Below, in pieces: positions 49,329-58,604 of a stretch of DNA of 64,000 bases. The position numbers and the translations under genes are program-made. This DNA comes from Patescibacteria group bacterium (GTDB lineage: Bacteria > Patescibacteriota > Patescibacteriia > UBA9934): the NCBI GenBank assembly GCA_038064675.1, contig JBBTSM010000010.1, positions 2,977 through 66,976 of the forward strand. Reading direction: 5' to 3'. The notes beneath the pieces are model-generated. The model was given only the letters and a program-made list of their open reading frames with translations, was not told the origin of the DNA and made no database searches. Within the stretch, counting starts at the first letter, position 1. Each line of letters starts with the position of its first letter.

Positions 49329-49733
49329 TTAGATTTCGTCTGCGTCCAAAAGTTCGAGGATCTGATCAAGTTTGCGTTCAATAGCGGCAAGACGTACGGA
49401 ATCGCTGCTTCCAGATGCGCGATCGTCACGCGGCGCGTAGGCTGGGCGCTCGGAACGATCCGAGTACGATGGCTTGCGGTCGAACGATGGGCGACGGTCG
49501 TCGCGATCGCTGAATGATGGGCCGTCGGTACGGAAACAATCGCGGCATTTTACTGCGCGTCCTTCGCTTGGGAAGAACGGCACTTGGCATGGCTTACGGC
49601 ACTCGCTACACACGGCATCGTGCAATTCACGAGGTGCTGGACGGCCCGCTCCAGCACGGTTCCAGGTGCCACGATTGCTGGGCTTTCGGTCCGTTGTGCC
49701 GCCAGAACGCTGACTTTGATATTTGTTGTACAT
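49329..49733 (-). CDS. zinc-ribbon protein with low-complexity R/D/S-rich tail
   Basis: CSECRKPCQVPFFPSEGRAVKCRDC forms a 4-Cys zinc ribbon. Tail has degenerate DR..PS(F/Y) repeats. Confidence 0.5.
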   Translation of the reverse strand: MYNKYQSQRSGGTTDRKPSNRGTWNRAGAGRPAPRELHDAVCSECRKPCQVPFFPSEGRAVKCRDCFRTDGPSFSDRDDRRPSFDRKPSYSDRSERPAYAPRDDRASGSSDSVRLAAIERKLDQILELLDADEI

Positions 49734-49993
49734 AGGATTTTGCGAATGTTAGCAGAAAAAGTTGTATAACGCAAGCTGGTGGCGAGGGTGCATCCGTTTG
49801 CACTCACTCCTCAACGGGTCCTGTCGCCTCGGACCCCGTTACGGTGCTCAGCTCGCGCGTGAATGTTTTGCGTAAGCATCGAATACGTACAGCGCTCGTT
49901 GCGCTCCGTACGGGGACCTCCCTCGGCGCCACCCGTTGAATCGCTCGATTAACCATGCATCCTCGCCGCTGGCGCTTGCGTGTAGGGGAAGGC

Positions 49994-50974
49994 TCAGTCT
50001 CCCGTCACTACTGTAAAAGTCATTCGTCCAAGAACTTGCCCTGTCGTCGTCTCAACGCTCACGCGCCACTTACCGGCGGCGATAGAAGACACCATCGAGT
50101 AGCCGCGATAGCCATCCGGCCTGCCACCGCTAATTTGGAATGGAAGTTCGTGTTCTGTTTCCCAGCTATGCGTGTCTGCATCGTATCGTTGCCATACGTG
50201 AACAATGGTCGTCGTTAATCCTTCTGGCGCATACACCGCAGTGTAGGCATACAGCGCATCACCGGGAGTGACAAGAATGGTTTCACCAAAAATATATCGA
50301 TCGAGCCACGATTCTTCCGGCGTCACCAGGACGTAGTCCGATGTAACACTGTAGGCCATCGTGGCATCGCGAAGCGCGAGAGGAATCGGTGGAATGATGT
50401 TCAAAAAGTAACAGGTGTTCATGAAGACGAACACGCCGGCAATCACAAGCCACATACGAACACGATCTTTGTAAAGATCGCCGAGGTTGATAAGGAGGAC
50501 AAGCAACAATGTCATCACAATCATGCTCGCCAAGCCTCCAGCCAAGAACACCGGCCAGCTTAACGACGCAAAGAGGTGGGCGAACCAAATCGCAAATAGC
50601 GAGAAAAGTGCGAAGTACAAAATGCCAATCTGCACCATCGGTCTGAGCACAATGTGTCGAAGAGTTTCGTTCGAGATCATCAAGATTGCCACAAGCGCGA
50701 TGAGCGGCCAGGTTACCGAGAGCGTTCCGCTGAACCAATAAAATAATAATGCCGTACTTAACAATCCTCCCATCGCAAACTGCTGCGCAAACGGTGCGGC
50801 GAGTCTGACGTATCGCAATCGTGGCGATTCTTCTGCACGCTGAAATGCAGTAAGTGCCATAGAGCCCATGACCACCGCAACGTATATGCTCATGACAATA
50901 AACTTCTCTCGCAAATCCAACACACGAAACTGCCACACGTCAAATGCGGTTCCCATCACCAACATCGTCGGCAT
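49994..50974 (-). CDS. integral membrane protein with C-terminal beta-rich extracytoplasmic domain (possibly DUF2914-like)
   Basis: About 8 TM helices, then YVLVTPEESW...WRVSVETTTGQVLGRMTFTVV. Confidence 0.45.
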   Translation of the reverse strand: MPTMLVMGTAFDVWQFRVLDLREKFIVMSIYVAVVMGSMALTAFQRAEESPRLRYVRLAAPFAQQFAMGGLLSTALLFYWFSGTLSVTWPLIALVAILMISNETLRHIVLRPMVQIGILYFALFSLFAIWFAHLFASLSWPVFLAGGLASMIVMTLLLVLLINLGDLYKDRVRMWLVIAGVFVFMNTCYFLNIIPPIPLALRDATMAYSVTSDYVLVTPEESWLDRYIFGETILVTPGDALYAYTAVYAPEGLTTTIVHVWQRYDADTHSWETEHELPFQISGGRPDGYRGYSMVSSIAAGKWRVSVETTTGQVLGRMTFTVVTGD

Positions 50975-51095
50975 GAACCATCGTTCATATCGACTCAAAA
51001 ATTCTCGAACGTGCTTGTATGTTTGGAGTGCTTGTCGCGATCCCGGAATCATAAATGTATGAGCCGAGCATACCACGCTCGAACAACGATTTGCG

Positions 51096-51500
51096 CTATA
51101 CCTTCAGTCCGTTTGCAATGAGAACCGTTGCAACAGAAACCGATGCGGCAAGCACAGTACCCCATGCGAGATCGACCGCAGTCACGAGCAACGGCCAGTC
51201 CTTTGTTGTCGCAAGACTCGTCAGGTCATACGTTGCGTATGTCACGAGCCCGAACAGCGCACCGTACATCAATGCCCGAATCCATGAATGTGATTCGTAT
51301 GCCGGCCCAATCACGAAAACAACAAGACCAATAATAAACACAACATAAAACGCAATCGCCGCAAGCCAGTTCACATTCGATGCCATAAGATACCCAATCT
51401 GACTTTTATACAATCCGCGCGCAGCAAATCCAATCCACGTCAGATCCAGCGCAAGAAACACAGGAAGCGCAATAACAAATAACGAAAGCGATGTTGGCAT
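51096..51500 (-). CDS. hypothetical 4-TM membrane protein (134 aa)
   Basis: Hydrophobicity pattern only. Confidence 0.45.
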   Translation of the reverse strand: MPTSLSLFVIALPVFLALDLTWIGFAARGLYKSQIGYLMASNVNWLAAIAFYVVFIIGLVVFVIGPAYESHSWIRALMYGALFGLVTYATYDLTSLATTKDWPLLVTAVDLAWGTVLAASVSVATVLIANGLKV

Positions 51501-51633
51501 ACAAAATCAATTACATGTTTAGCACTCTCATAGCATACCGCGGCTTGTCATACGAAAGTAGTTCGCAATCCAACGAAAGTTACTGGCGTTTCGTGTAAAG
51601 TTTTTGCGCTCTTCGATCACGAGACTACCAAAA

Positions 51634-51662
51634 CACCGACCACGCTGGTCGGTGTTTTGTTT
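51634..51662. terminator. hairpin caccgaccacgctggtcggtg plus ttttgttt
   Basis: Perfect 8-bp stem with T-run on + and T-rich on the minus strand; downstream of the small minus-strand genes. Confidence 0.55.
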
Positions 51663-51674
51663 GGTGGAACGGAG

Positions 51675-51839
51675 CTACTTCTTAGCTCCCTGACAGCTGA
51701 TAGACCACTGAAGCAGTATTCCCATACCTGCAATGAACATCATGATCGTTGCACCAGACCAATCGTTCGCACCAGAGCCCCGGTACACAATCGCGTACAA
51801 CACCATCAATATGCCAACACCATAGGTAATAAATGGCAT
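51675..51839 (-). CDS. candidate small membrane protein (54 aa), not in ORF track
   Basis: MPFITYGVGILMVLYAIVYRGSGANDWSGATIMMFIAGMGILLQWSISCQGAKK; two hydrophobic helices; 6 nt downstream of the lmo0937-like gene. Confidence 0.25.
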   Translation of the reverse strand: MPFITYGVGILMVLYAIVYRGSGANDWSGATIMMFIAGMGILLQWSISCQGAKK

Positions 51840-51845
51840 AGAATA

Positions 51846-51995
51846 TTAGATGACTTTCTCCCCACGAATCACGCGAAGCAGCACCACGACGATCGCAATG
51901 ACCAAGAGAACATGGATGAATCCCCCCATCGTGAACGACGTCACCAAACCCAGGAACCACAGGATGAGAAGAATCACTGCAATCGTCCACAACAT
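51846..51995 (-). CDS. lmo0937-family small membrane protein (49 aa), not in ORF track
   Basis: MLWTIAVILLILWFLGLVTSFTMGGFIHVLLVIAIVVVLLRVIRGEKVI closely follows the lmo0937 family consensus (MLWTI..IL..LW.LG......GG.IH.LLVIA). Confidence 0.5.
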   Translation of the reverse strand: MLWTIAVILLILWFLGLVTSFTMGGFIHVLLVIAIVVVLLRVIRGEKVI

Positions 51996-52111
51996 AGAAA
52001 AGCGTTACCTCGCAAGATTCCGCATAAACGATCGTTCCCTCCACCATGCGCTACAATGCATAAGAATGCAATGATGTTCATCGTTCTGCGACTGTGCTAC
52101 GATCACACCTC

Positions 52112-52787
52112 TATGATTCCTGCATCCTTCTTTACCGCAACCACAACACTCTCCGACCTCCCGGTGGACGCCAAACCACACATCGCGATGGTTGGGCGTT
52201 CCAACGTGGGAAAGTCGTCGATGATTAATCATCTCACCGGCCAAAAGAAGCTCGCTCGTGTCAGCTCCGATCCTGGCCGAACGCAAACCATCAACCTGTA
52301 CGATATTCATGACCGATTCTTTCTTGTGGATCTTCCCGGCTACGGCTATGCGCAAACGTCAAAAGAAAAGCGCGTTATGTTTGCCGAAATGATTCATGAA
52401 TATCTCTTGCAGACGCCACAGCTTCGGCTTGTACTTCTCATTATCGACGCACGCATTCCCCCAACCGAACTTGATGCCGACATGGCAGCGTGGTTGCAAG
52501 AAAACGGCATTCCGTTCGTCATCATCACGAATAAGATGGACAAACTCTCCGCATCGGAAGCCGCAAAACTTCATCGTACGCTCGAGGAAAAATATCCTGG
52601 TGTTCGCCGCATTGAACACTCCATCACTTCTGGACGCAATCGCAACGAAGTATGGGGCGCGATTGAGGCCGCCACACGAACGCCGGCCCGGGACATGACC
52701 GTTACTAGTGAGCTTTCCTGGACCGCACCGTCGTTCAATGTGGATCTTACTCCGCCACCTGAAGAAACGAACGAATATCTTGGGTAA
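52112..52787 (+). CDS. engB: ribosome biogenesis GTP-binding protein YsxC/EngB
   Basis: G1 GRSNVGKSS, G3 DLPGYGY, G4 TNKMDKL. The ORF-track N-terminal 150 aa (from 51657) are a spurious extension overlapping minus-strand genes. Confidence 0.85.
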
Positions 52788-52790
52788 CGA

Positions 52791-53300
52791 CTACTCGAGG
52801 ATTTCTGTGTTGGTGAGCGAGGCACGAATTCCATCAAGATCCTGTTTCGTTATTGTGTTCCCCCGAAGATCCAGGCGCTGCAAGTGTTTCAAATTCCCAA
52901 GCTCATTCGGCAAACCCGTCAATTGGTTGTTCGAGAGATCGAGCGTTTGTAAATTCACCAGCTGACCAATTTCTGCCGGCACCCCAGTCATCGCGTTATC
53001 GCTTGCATCAAGTGATTGTAAGTTCTGCAAGAACCGAATTTCACCCGGAAGCGCTCCGGTAAGTGCATTGTGAGAAACATCAAGGCTCGTGGTTGTTGTT
53101 TTTGTGAATACCGAAGACTGCAGGCTCGTGAGTCCGCGATTGCTGAGATCAATCACCGTTGAAGACGTTGCCGTTGAGGTGGATGACGGTGTTGTGGTCG
53201 ACGGCGAGGTCGTGGTTGTGACCGCTGTCGGCACCGATGCAGTACATCCGGCACCCATTATCACCATCCCGAAAACCAGTACGAAACCAAAAAGGATCTT
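52791..53300 (-). CDS. secreted leucine-rich-repeat (LRR) protein with Thr/Ser-rich linker
   Basis: Signal peptide MKILFGFVLVFGMVIMGAGC (lipobox-like). Repeats LxxLxxLDLSNNQLTGLP / LQSLDASDNAMTGVP. Confidence 0.75.
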   Translation of the reverse strand, partial: KILFGFVLVFGMVIMGAGCTASVPTAVTTTTSPSTTTPSSTSTATSSTVIDLSNRGLTSLQSSVFTKTTTTSLDVSHNALTGALPGEIRFLQNLQSLDASDNAMTGVPAEIGQLVNLQTLDLSNNQLTGLPNELGNLKHLQRLDLRGNTITKQDLDGIRASLTNTEILE

Positions 53301-53331
53301 CATAGAGTTCAACCATAACACGGTTCACCTC

Positions 53332-53643
53332 TTACCGCATTGGACACGTATTTTTCCCAAGCGCTGCGTACATGCCGCACCAAGAAAATGCCGCTTCGAA
53401 GAAGCAAAACCCAGAGAAGAACACCAGCCACCAGCTCCAGCCAGTCAGCATCGCCCAGAACAAAAGCGCAATACCGACGACAAGGCGAACCACGCGGTCG
53501 TTCATGCCGATGTTGCGCGTGGCACCATGTGGCTTCTTTGACGCAAACGTTTTCATGAACGCTCGATACGCAAAAGCAAATACTACGCCAGCAATCATTG
53601 CAGACGCCGCAGAAATGAGGGCCGAAGATGAAAAATCAATCAT
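53332..53643 (-). CDS. DUF2892-family small inner-membrane protein
   Basis: Two TM helices and C-terminal FCFFEAAFSWCGMYAALGKNTC, as in DUF2892/YgaP-like proteins. Confidence 0.5.
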   Translation of the reverse strand: MIDFSSSALISAASAMIAGVVFAFAYRAFMKTFASKKPHGATRNIGMNDRVVRLVVGIALLFWAMLTGWSWWLVFFSGFCFFEAAFSWCGMYAALGKNTCPMR

Positions 53644-54056
53644 AGAGACGTTGGGTATATTTTCGTAAGGCATTCGCTCCACTCGCTCTCAGCAACTGGC
53701 TGCACAGAGAGCCGGGAATTCTTCACAAGCACCATGTTCTTGAGCTCAGGAAGCTTCTTGATGTCGTCGAGCGACAACGGAACATCTGCTGCACGATCGG
53801 CTCGAATATCAACTGCGACCCAATCCCCTTCCCTTGCGGTTGGGTCTGGATACGCCGCTCGCGCAACAATCGCGAGCCCATGAATCGATCGCTCGTTCAC
53901 CGAATGATAGATGAACACAGAATCGCCAATGCGCATGGCGCGTAAATTGTTGCGCGCCTGAAAGTTTCGCACGCCCGTCCAGCTTGTGGTGCCTTCGCGA
54001 ACAAGATCGTCCCACGAGTATGTACTCGGTTCAGTTTTGAGAAGCCAATGCTGCAT
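53640..54056 (-). CDS. EVE-domain (PUA-like) protein
   Basis: MQHWLLKTEPSTYSWDDL...WTGVRNFQARNNLRAMRIGDSVFIYHS is the EVE signature. Confidence 0.85.
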   Translation of the reverse strand: MQHWLLKTEPSTYSWDDLVREGTTSWTGVRNFQARNNLRAMRIGDSVFIYHSVNERSIHGLAIVARAAYPDPTAREGDWVAVDIRADRAADVPLSLDDIKKLPELKNMVLVKNSRLSVQPVAESEWSECLTKIYPTSL

Positions 54057-54059
54057 AGA

Positions 54060-54824
54060 TTACACAGAGATCCACGTCGGTTCGGCAATGAGTCTGCCGC
54101 CGTCAATATCAAATCTACGAAACGCGCGAAGATCGGTAGAGGAACCGGCATTGTACATGGCAAGCGGCCGCTGGGTATATGGGAAAACAATTTCCGACGG
54201 CACGTGGCGATGACCGTGAAGTACAAGGTCGCAACGGCCTTTGATTTTTTCTAAAAGTTTCGAACCGTACGAAAGGTTTTCAGCGAACGGAAGAGAGAAC
54301 CAGGAGGAAATATATTCAATGAAAAGCTCCGCGGGAAGCGGCAACGGATGATGATGGAGCGCGACAATAACGAATGTTCCTTTAGGGACTTGCGATAATA
54401 ATCGATCAACGTCGCGAAGCATTGCCGAGGAAATATTTCCATGACTCGCAAACGTGATGCGATTGTACCAACGGGTCGTATCAATACGAAGCGTGATGAT
54501 GTCGCCCTGCCGTACAAGATTTACTGGTTCATCACCCATCATCTGGCGAGAAACGTTCGCACGAGATCGGTCGTGATTCCCCGGAAGAAGAATCATGTTT
54601 CGGTCTGCTCGAAGTTGTGTAGTGATCGCAAAGAACTCCTCGAACTCGGCGATGCTCCCGCGATTCGTAATATCACCCGTCACGATAACGGTTTGAATGT
54701 TGCTCGCGAGAATCGCATCACACATTCGCCTCAGCACAAACGAACGCTCAGGCGAAGAGCCGATGTGCAGATCCGAAATGTGAGCCACAGCGTGCAGATG
54801 AGAATATTCTATCACCATGATCAA
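54060..54824 (-). CDS. metallophosphoesterase (calcineurin-like)
   Basis: ISDLHIG, VTGDITNRG, LPGNHD, VALHHHP, GHRHV motifs. Confidence 0.85.
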   Translation of the reverse strand: MIMVIEYSHLHAVAHISDLHIGSSPERSFVLRRMCDAILASNIQTVIVTGDITNRGSIAEFEEFFAITTQLRADRNMILLPGNHDRSRANVSRQMMGDEPVNLVRQGDIITLRIDTTRWYNRITFASHGNISSAMLRDVDRLLSQVPKGTFVIVALHHHPLPLPAELFIEYISSWFSLPFAENLSYGSKLLEKIKGRCDLVLHGHRHVPSEIVFPYTQRPLAMYNAGSSTDLRAFRRFDIDGGRLIAEPTWISV

Positions 54825-54968
54825 AGAATCTGAACGGAAATGAAGGGAACTGCTATTGGATGGGTTGTGAGGGTTGAGAATCTGATCTTTTGAAGGGGTT
54901 GGGACGAGACAAACGATTACTCAACATCATCGGCGACCTCGGGGTGGTCGACTTCGTGATATTCTCTA

Positions 54969-55044
54969 TGTGCGGTCGACCGCACATTTCGCTCTTCGAT
55001 TCATTGGGCTTTTTGTAAATAAAATGTTCGGTGGACCGCACATG
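54969..55044. promoter_or_regulatory. second copy of the operator module (palindrome tgtgcggtcgaccgcaca; site cggtggaccgcacatg at +60) in a divergent promoter region
   Basis: Identical sites and spacing to 43436..43511. Lies between the metallophosphoesterase gene (minus) and the SET gene (plus). Confidence 0.6.
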
Positions 55045-55261
55045 CTCAGAATCTGAAATCGCGCACCCGGAATTGCCGATGATGCCTGTCGCTCGTCAGC
55101 TCATCCCTCACTTTTGCTCAAAGGATCAGTCTCCGTACATCACATTCTCTCAAAGACCACTTCAGATTATGCCGAAGAAAACCATGCGCAGCCGTCACTC
55201 CTCACCGCCTTTCGTCTCGCGGCATATTTCAAGGTCCCGGTTGAAAAGCTCTTTTCCTTCA

Positions 55262-55291
55262 AAGAACGCCCATAGCGTTCTAGACTTTTTT
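55262..55291 (+). terminator. hairpin agaacgc-ccata-gcgttct followed by agactttttt, inside the 500-bp region upstream of the SET gene
   Basis: Stem-loop plus T6 on the + strand with no annotated upstream + gene. Possible sRNA or attenuator terminator. Confidence 0.35.
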
Positions 55292-55328
55292 CCAAATTTC
55301 TGCTATTCTTCGCGGTTATTTTTCTTCT

Positions 55329-55730
55329 ATGACCTACGTCCCCCGCAAAACCGCATTCAATGTTGTGCCGCGCAAAAGCGCTGCGGGCTTGGGCGTGTTT
55401 ACGAACGTTGCCATTCCAAAGCGTCGGTTCATTATTGAATACTGGGGCGACATCGTCACCGAAGACGAAGCGAATCGCATTGGCGGAAAGTATCTTTTCG
55501 AAATCGGGAACGGCAAAACCATCAATGGCACCACCCGAAAGAATATTGCTCGGTATATCAACCATTCCTGCCGTCCAAACTGCGAAGTCGAAGTACAGGG
55601 CCGAAAAGTGCTCGTCTTTTCAAAGCGCGCAATCAAACCCGGCGAAGAGCTTTCGTACAACTACGGCAAAGACTACTTCAACCATTTCATCGGCAAGCAC
55701 TGCCGCTGCGCGAAGCACCGAGCTGTATAG
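55329..55730 (+). CDS. SET-domain protein lysine methyltransferase
   Basis: RFIIEYWGDIV, NHSCRPNC (SET motif III), ELSYNYG (motif IV), post-SET Cys GKHCRCAKH. Confidence 0.9.
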   Translation: MTYVPRKTAFNVVPRKSAAGLGVFTNVAIPKRRFIIEYWGDIVTEDEANRIGGKYLFEIGNGKTINGTTRKNIARYINHSCRPNCEVEVQGRKVLVFSKRAIKPGEELSYNYGKDYFNHFIGKHCRCAKHRAV

Positions 55731-55736
55731 CTCGCA

Positions 55737-56084
55737 CTACACGCGCAAGTTTCGATAAATCACAAACGCCACATCACGCACAAGATTCCCGCGGTCTTCG
55801 GATTCCATGGGATCGAAAAATCCCTGGCGGATTCCGCCACGATGACTGAGGTCGGACAACAGACGTTTCGCCATTGGCTGGGGTTTGTCGTCGATCATGT
55901 CGTCCGCAAGAACGGTTGTAACGATGTGTTCGAGAGACTTTTGAATCGCTACAATTTCCGATGGGCTAATTGCCGAGTACTCCTCGTGAAAATCTGGAAA
56001 GGCATTCAAACATTCCAACACGGCGGAAATGATGATCTGACTTCGCTCCTGCGGGGTGCGTTCAATAGGTTTTGGCATAGACAA
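55737..56084 (-). CDS. hypothetical protein (115 aa)
   Basis: ORF convergent with the SET gene; no motif. Confidence 0.4.
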   Translation of the reverse strand: MSMPKPIERTPQERSQIIISAVLECLNAFPDFHEEYSAISPSEIVAIQKSLEHIVTTVLADDMIDDKPQPMAKRLLSDLSHRGGIRQGFFDPMESEDRGNLVRDVAFVIYRNLRV

Positions 56085-56172
56085 CGTTTTGTCCGCATCG
56101 TAACACAGAACCAGATTTCTTTGACGTTTCTGGAAAATACTGTCTTACTGTGCCCACCACTTTTGAGGAAAC

Positions 56173-56709
56173 GTGACCATCACCGAACAGTTCATGCTCG
56201 ACCAGCTCGAGCGCGCCGACGGCATCCTCACGAAGTGCCTCGCAAATCCCACCACACGATGGTACTCGACGCTCATCGACGACGCGTTCCCGAATGTGGA
56301 ACGTATCTGGGTTCGGATGGACAACGGCTACCTTGCGGTTATCCATCGAATCCTCCCGGTGCCAAAGGGCGCTGAGCCGCTCTACTACTGGCACCGTCGT
56401 CCAACGGGGTTCCTCGTGATGGATGGTTCGTACCGAACGGGCATCGGCAACGGACCGCCAGGCGAATCGCCACCGCCGATCGTCCGAGAGACGATCTGTT
56501 ATCCCGGCGAACGTCGCACCATGATTCAACCGAACGACTGGCATTGGGTGAAGCCCGTACGCCATTCCGTGATCAGTGTGAACGTGGTGGGGCCGGCACA
56601 CCCGGGCATCCCCGAACGGGCAACACGGCACAGCCTCTTTGCCCTTCCACCGGATCGTCTCGCACGGCTCGTCCAGGATTCTCGTTTGCTCTATGGGGTC
56701 TTCGGCTAA
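56173..56709 (+). CDS. hypothetical protein in a GC-rich patch (possible cupin-like fold)
   Basis: Protein-like composition versus the Arg/Trp-rich opposite-strand ORF. GYLAVIHRI...YYWHRRPTGFLVMDG...PNDWHWV suggests a beta-barrel, but this is weak. Confidence 0.4.
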   Translation: MTITEQFMLDQLERADGILTKCLANPTTRWYSTLIDDAFPNVERIWVRMDNGYLAVIHRILPVPKGAEPLYYWHRRPTGFLVMDGSYRTGIGNGPPGESPPPIVRETICYPGERRTMIQPNDWHWVKPVRHSVISVNVVGPAHPGIPERATRHSLFALPPDRLARLVQDSRLLYGVFG

Positions 56710-56780
56710 CTAACGGGGCATGAGCGACGCAACACTCGTGCCCAACACAAAATGCAGCTCATCTCGAGCTGCATTTTGTG

Positions 56781-58574
56781 TTATTCCCCGTCCTCATTCC
56801 CACGAAGCTGGGTTTCTTGATACTTCTCCCACAACTCTTGAAACTTCTCTGACGTTTTCAGCAAATCATCCAACGATCCCGATGCCACAATGCGGCCGCG
56901 TTCGAAGTAGTAAATCGAATCGAATTCTTTCAACAGATGCAGTCGGTGCACCGAAGAGATAATCGTCTTTCCCTTAAACGACTTGAATACACTTTCGTAA
57001 ATATGCAGCTCGTTCCGCATATCCACACTGCTCGTAGGTTCGTCGAGGAGCACGATCGATTTATCGGCACAGGCAAGAAGTCCACGAGCAAGGGCAAGAC
57101 GCTGTTTTTCACCACCACTCAAGTTCACGCCCTTCTCCACAATTGATGATTCCCATCCGTGTGGCAAACGCTCTACCACGTTCGTAAAACGTGCCATGTC
57201 GGAATATTTCTTTACCACCGCCATCGGATACTCCACCCCCATCGTCACATTTTCGCGAATAGTTGTGGCAAAGATTTCTGGATCCTGCGGAATGAGCGCG
57301 ATTTGCGCGCTGAGCATCTCGATGCCGTTCTTCAGCGCCTTTCCATCCAATAGAATATTCGATTGCTTTGATGGGTATAGCCCACGAAGCAACTTCAGGA
57401 ACGTGGTCTTCCCGCTTCCGCTTTCGCCAATTAATGCAATGCGCTCGCCGCGAGCAATGCGCATCGATACGTCGTCAAGGTGAAGGTCCGCACCGTCATC
57501 GGCGTGATACGAGAATGAAAGGCTCTGAATATCAAGAACTTTCCACGGTGCACCGCGTCGAAAGCCGGGAACAGCTTTCGTATTCTGGAAGTCGTGCGCA
57601 ATACGTTCGGCATTCATCACCGCCGTTTTCTGCTGCACAAAGTCACCGTACTGATACGCAAAGTTAAAGAACACGTCGGTCACGCGCATCACATAGCTCC
57701 AGAGCAGATAGACGGTTCCAATAACCACAGCCGATCCTGTCGCGAGATTGGTATAAAAATATGTTCCAAGCACCAACGCAACCATCACGCCGCCGGAAAT
57801 AGACACCATCGCCCACTTAGATTCATTGATAACGTTATTGCGCACGAACACCTTAAACGGTTGATGAATCTTTTTCGCAATAGCCTTCGTGACGAGCTTT
57901 TCAATTCGAAGAATAATCACCGTGGTCACGTTGCTAATCACATCGAAGACTTTCGCCGCAATGGCGTTGTCGGCACGGTTAATTTCGTCGTACTGCCGAA
58001 TGAGCCGCTGATCAAACTTCAAAATCAGCACGATCGTTAATACCACCATCACGAGCACAATTGCACCAGACGTCAGACTAAAATATGAAAGAATCACAAA
58101 CGCGCTTCCAAGCTTCATGAAGCCTTGCAGCGCCTGGAATGTGTCCGTTCCGAACCGATACAGCCCACTGCTTCCTTTTTCGATTTTATCGATGGTATCG
58201 CCGGAATGATGATCCGTATGCCACGCCGCCGGCAGCGCCAACGTGCCTTCAAGCAAATACATTTTGTATTTCGCGCGAGCAAGAAATGCATTGGTAATTT
58301 CAATCACACGTGCCGGACCCCAAAACACCCAAAATGCTATCTGAGTTGCCACGAACAACGACGTCAGAAGCAATAGGAACGAAATATTCTCCTGCGTCAC
58401 TCCGCCAAACTGAATCACGTCAAGGATTTTCGCAATGACGAACGGTTCAAGCGTGCCGATGATGTTCGCGAACACGAACAGTACGATATACAAAACAACC
58501 TTCCGCCTATTACCGGCAGAAAATTCCCACAACTTTCCTGAAAGAAAAATAATCGGGTTATCCCGGAATGCCAT
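56781..58574 (-). CDS. ABC exporter, fused permease/ATPase
   Basis: 6 TM plus NBD (GESGSGKTT, LSGGEKQR, VLLDEPT). Confidence 0.9.
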   Translation of the reverse strand: MAFRDNPIIFLSGKLWEFSAGNRRKVVLYIVLFVFANIIGTLEPFVIAKILDVIQFGGVTQENISFLLLLTSLFVATQIAFWVFWGPARVIEITNAFLARAKYKMYLLEGTLALPAAWHTDHHSGDTIDKIEKGSSGLYRFGTDTFQALQGFMKLGSAFVILSYFSLTSGAIVLVMVVLTIVLILKFDQRLIRQYDEINRADNAIAAKVFDVISNVTTVIILRIEKLVTKAIAKKIHQPFKVFVRNNVINESKWAMVSISGGVMVALVLGTYFYTNLATGSAVVIGTVYLLWSYVMRVTDVFFNFAYQYGDFVQQKTAVMNAERIAHDFQNTKAVPGFRRGAPWKVLDIQSLSFSYHADDGADLHLDDVSMRIARGERIALIGESGSGKTTFLKLLRGLYPSKQSNILLDGKALKNGIEMLSAQIALIPQDPEIFATTIRENVTMGVEYPMAVVKKYSDMARFTNVVERLPHGWESSIVEKGVNLSGGEKQRLALARGLLACADKSIVLLDEPTSSVDMRNELHIYESVFKSFKGKTIISSVHRLHLLKEFDSIYYFERGRIVASGSLDDLLKTSEKFQELWEKYQETQLRGNEDGE

Positions 58575-58604
58575 ATGGATGAAAGTATAGCAGGAACGCA
58601 ACGC

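Noticed and set aside
51657-52111. N-terminal 150 codons of ORF 51657..52787
   Set aside because: EngB homology and G1 motif start at Met 52112. The upstream part overlaps two minus-strand small-membrane-protein genes and a terminator.
56062-56631. 189-aa minus-strand ORF overlapping 56173..56709
   Set aside because: Arg/Trp/His-rich, typical of an antisense frame in GC-rich DNA. The + strand product has more protein-like composition. Not fully excluded.
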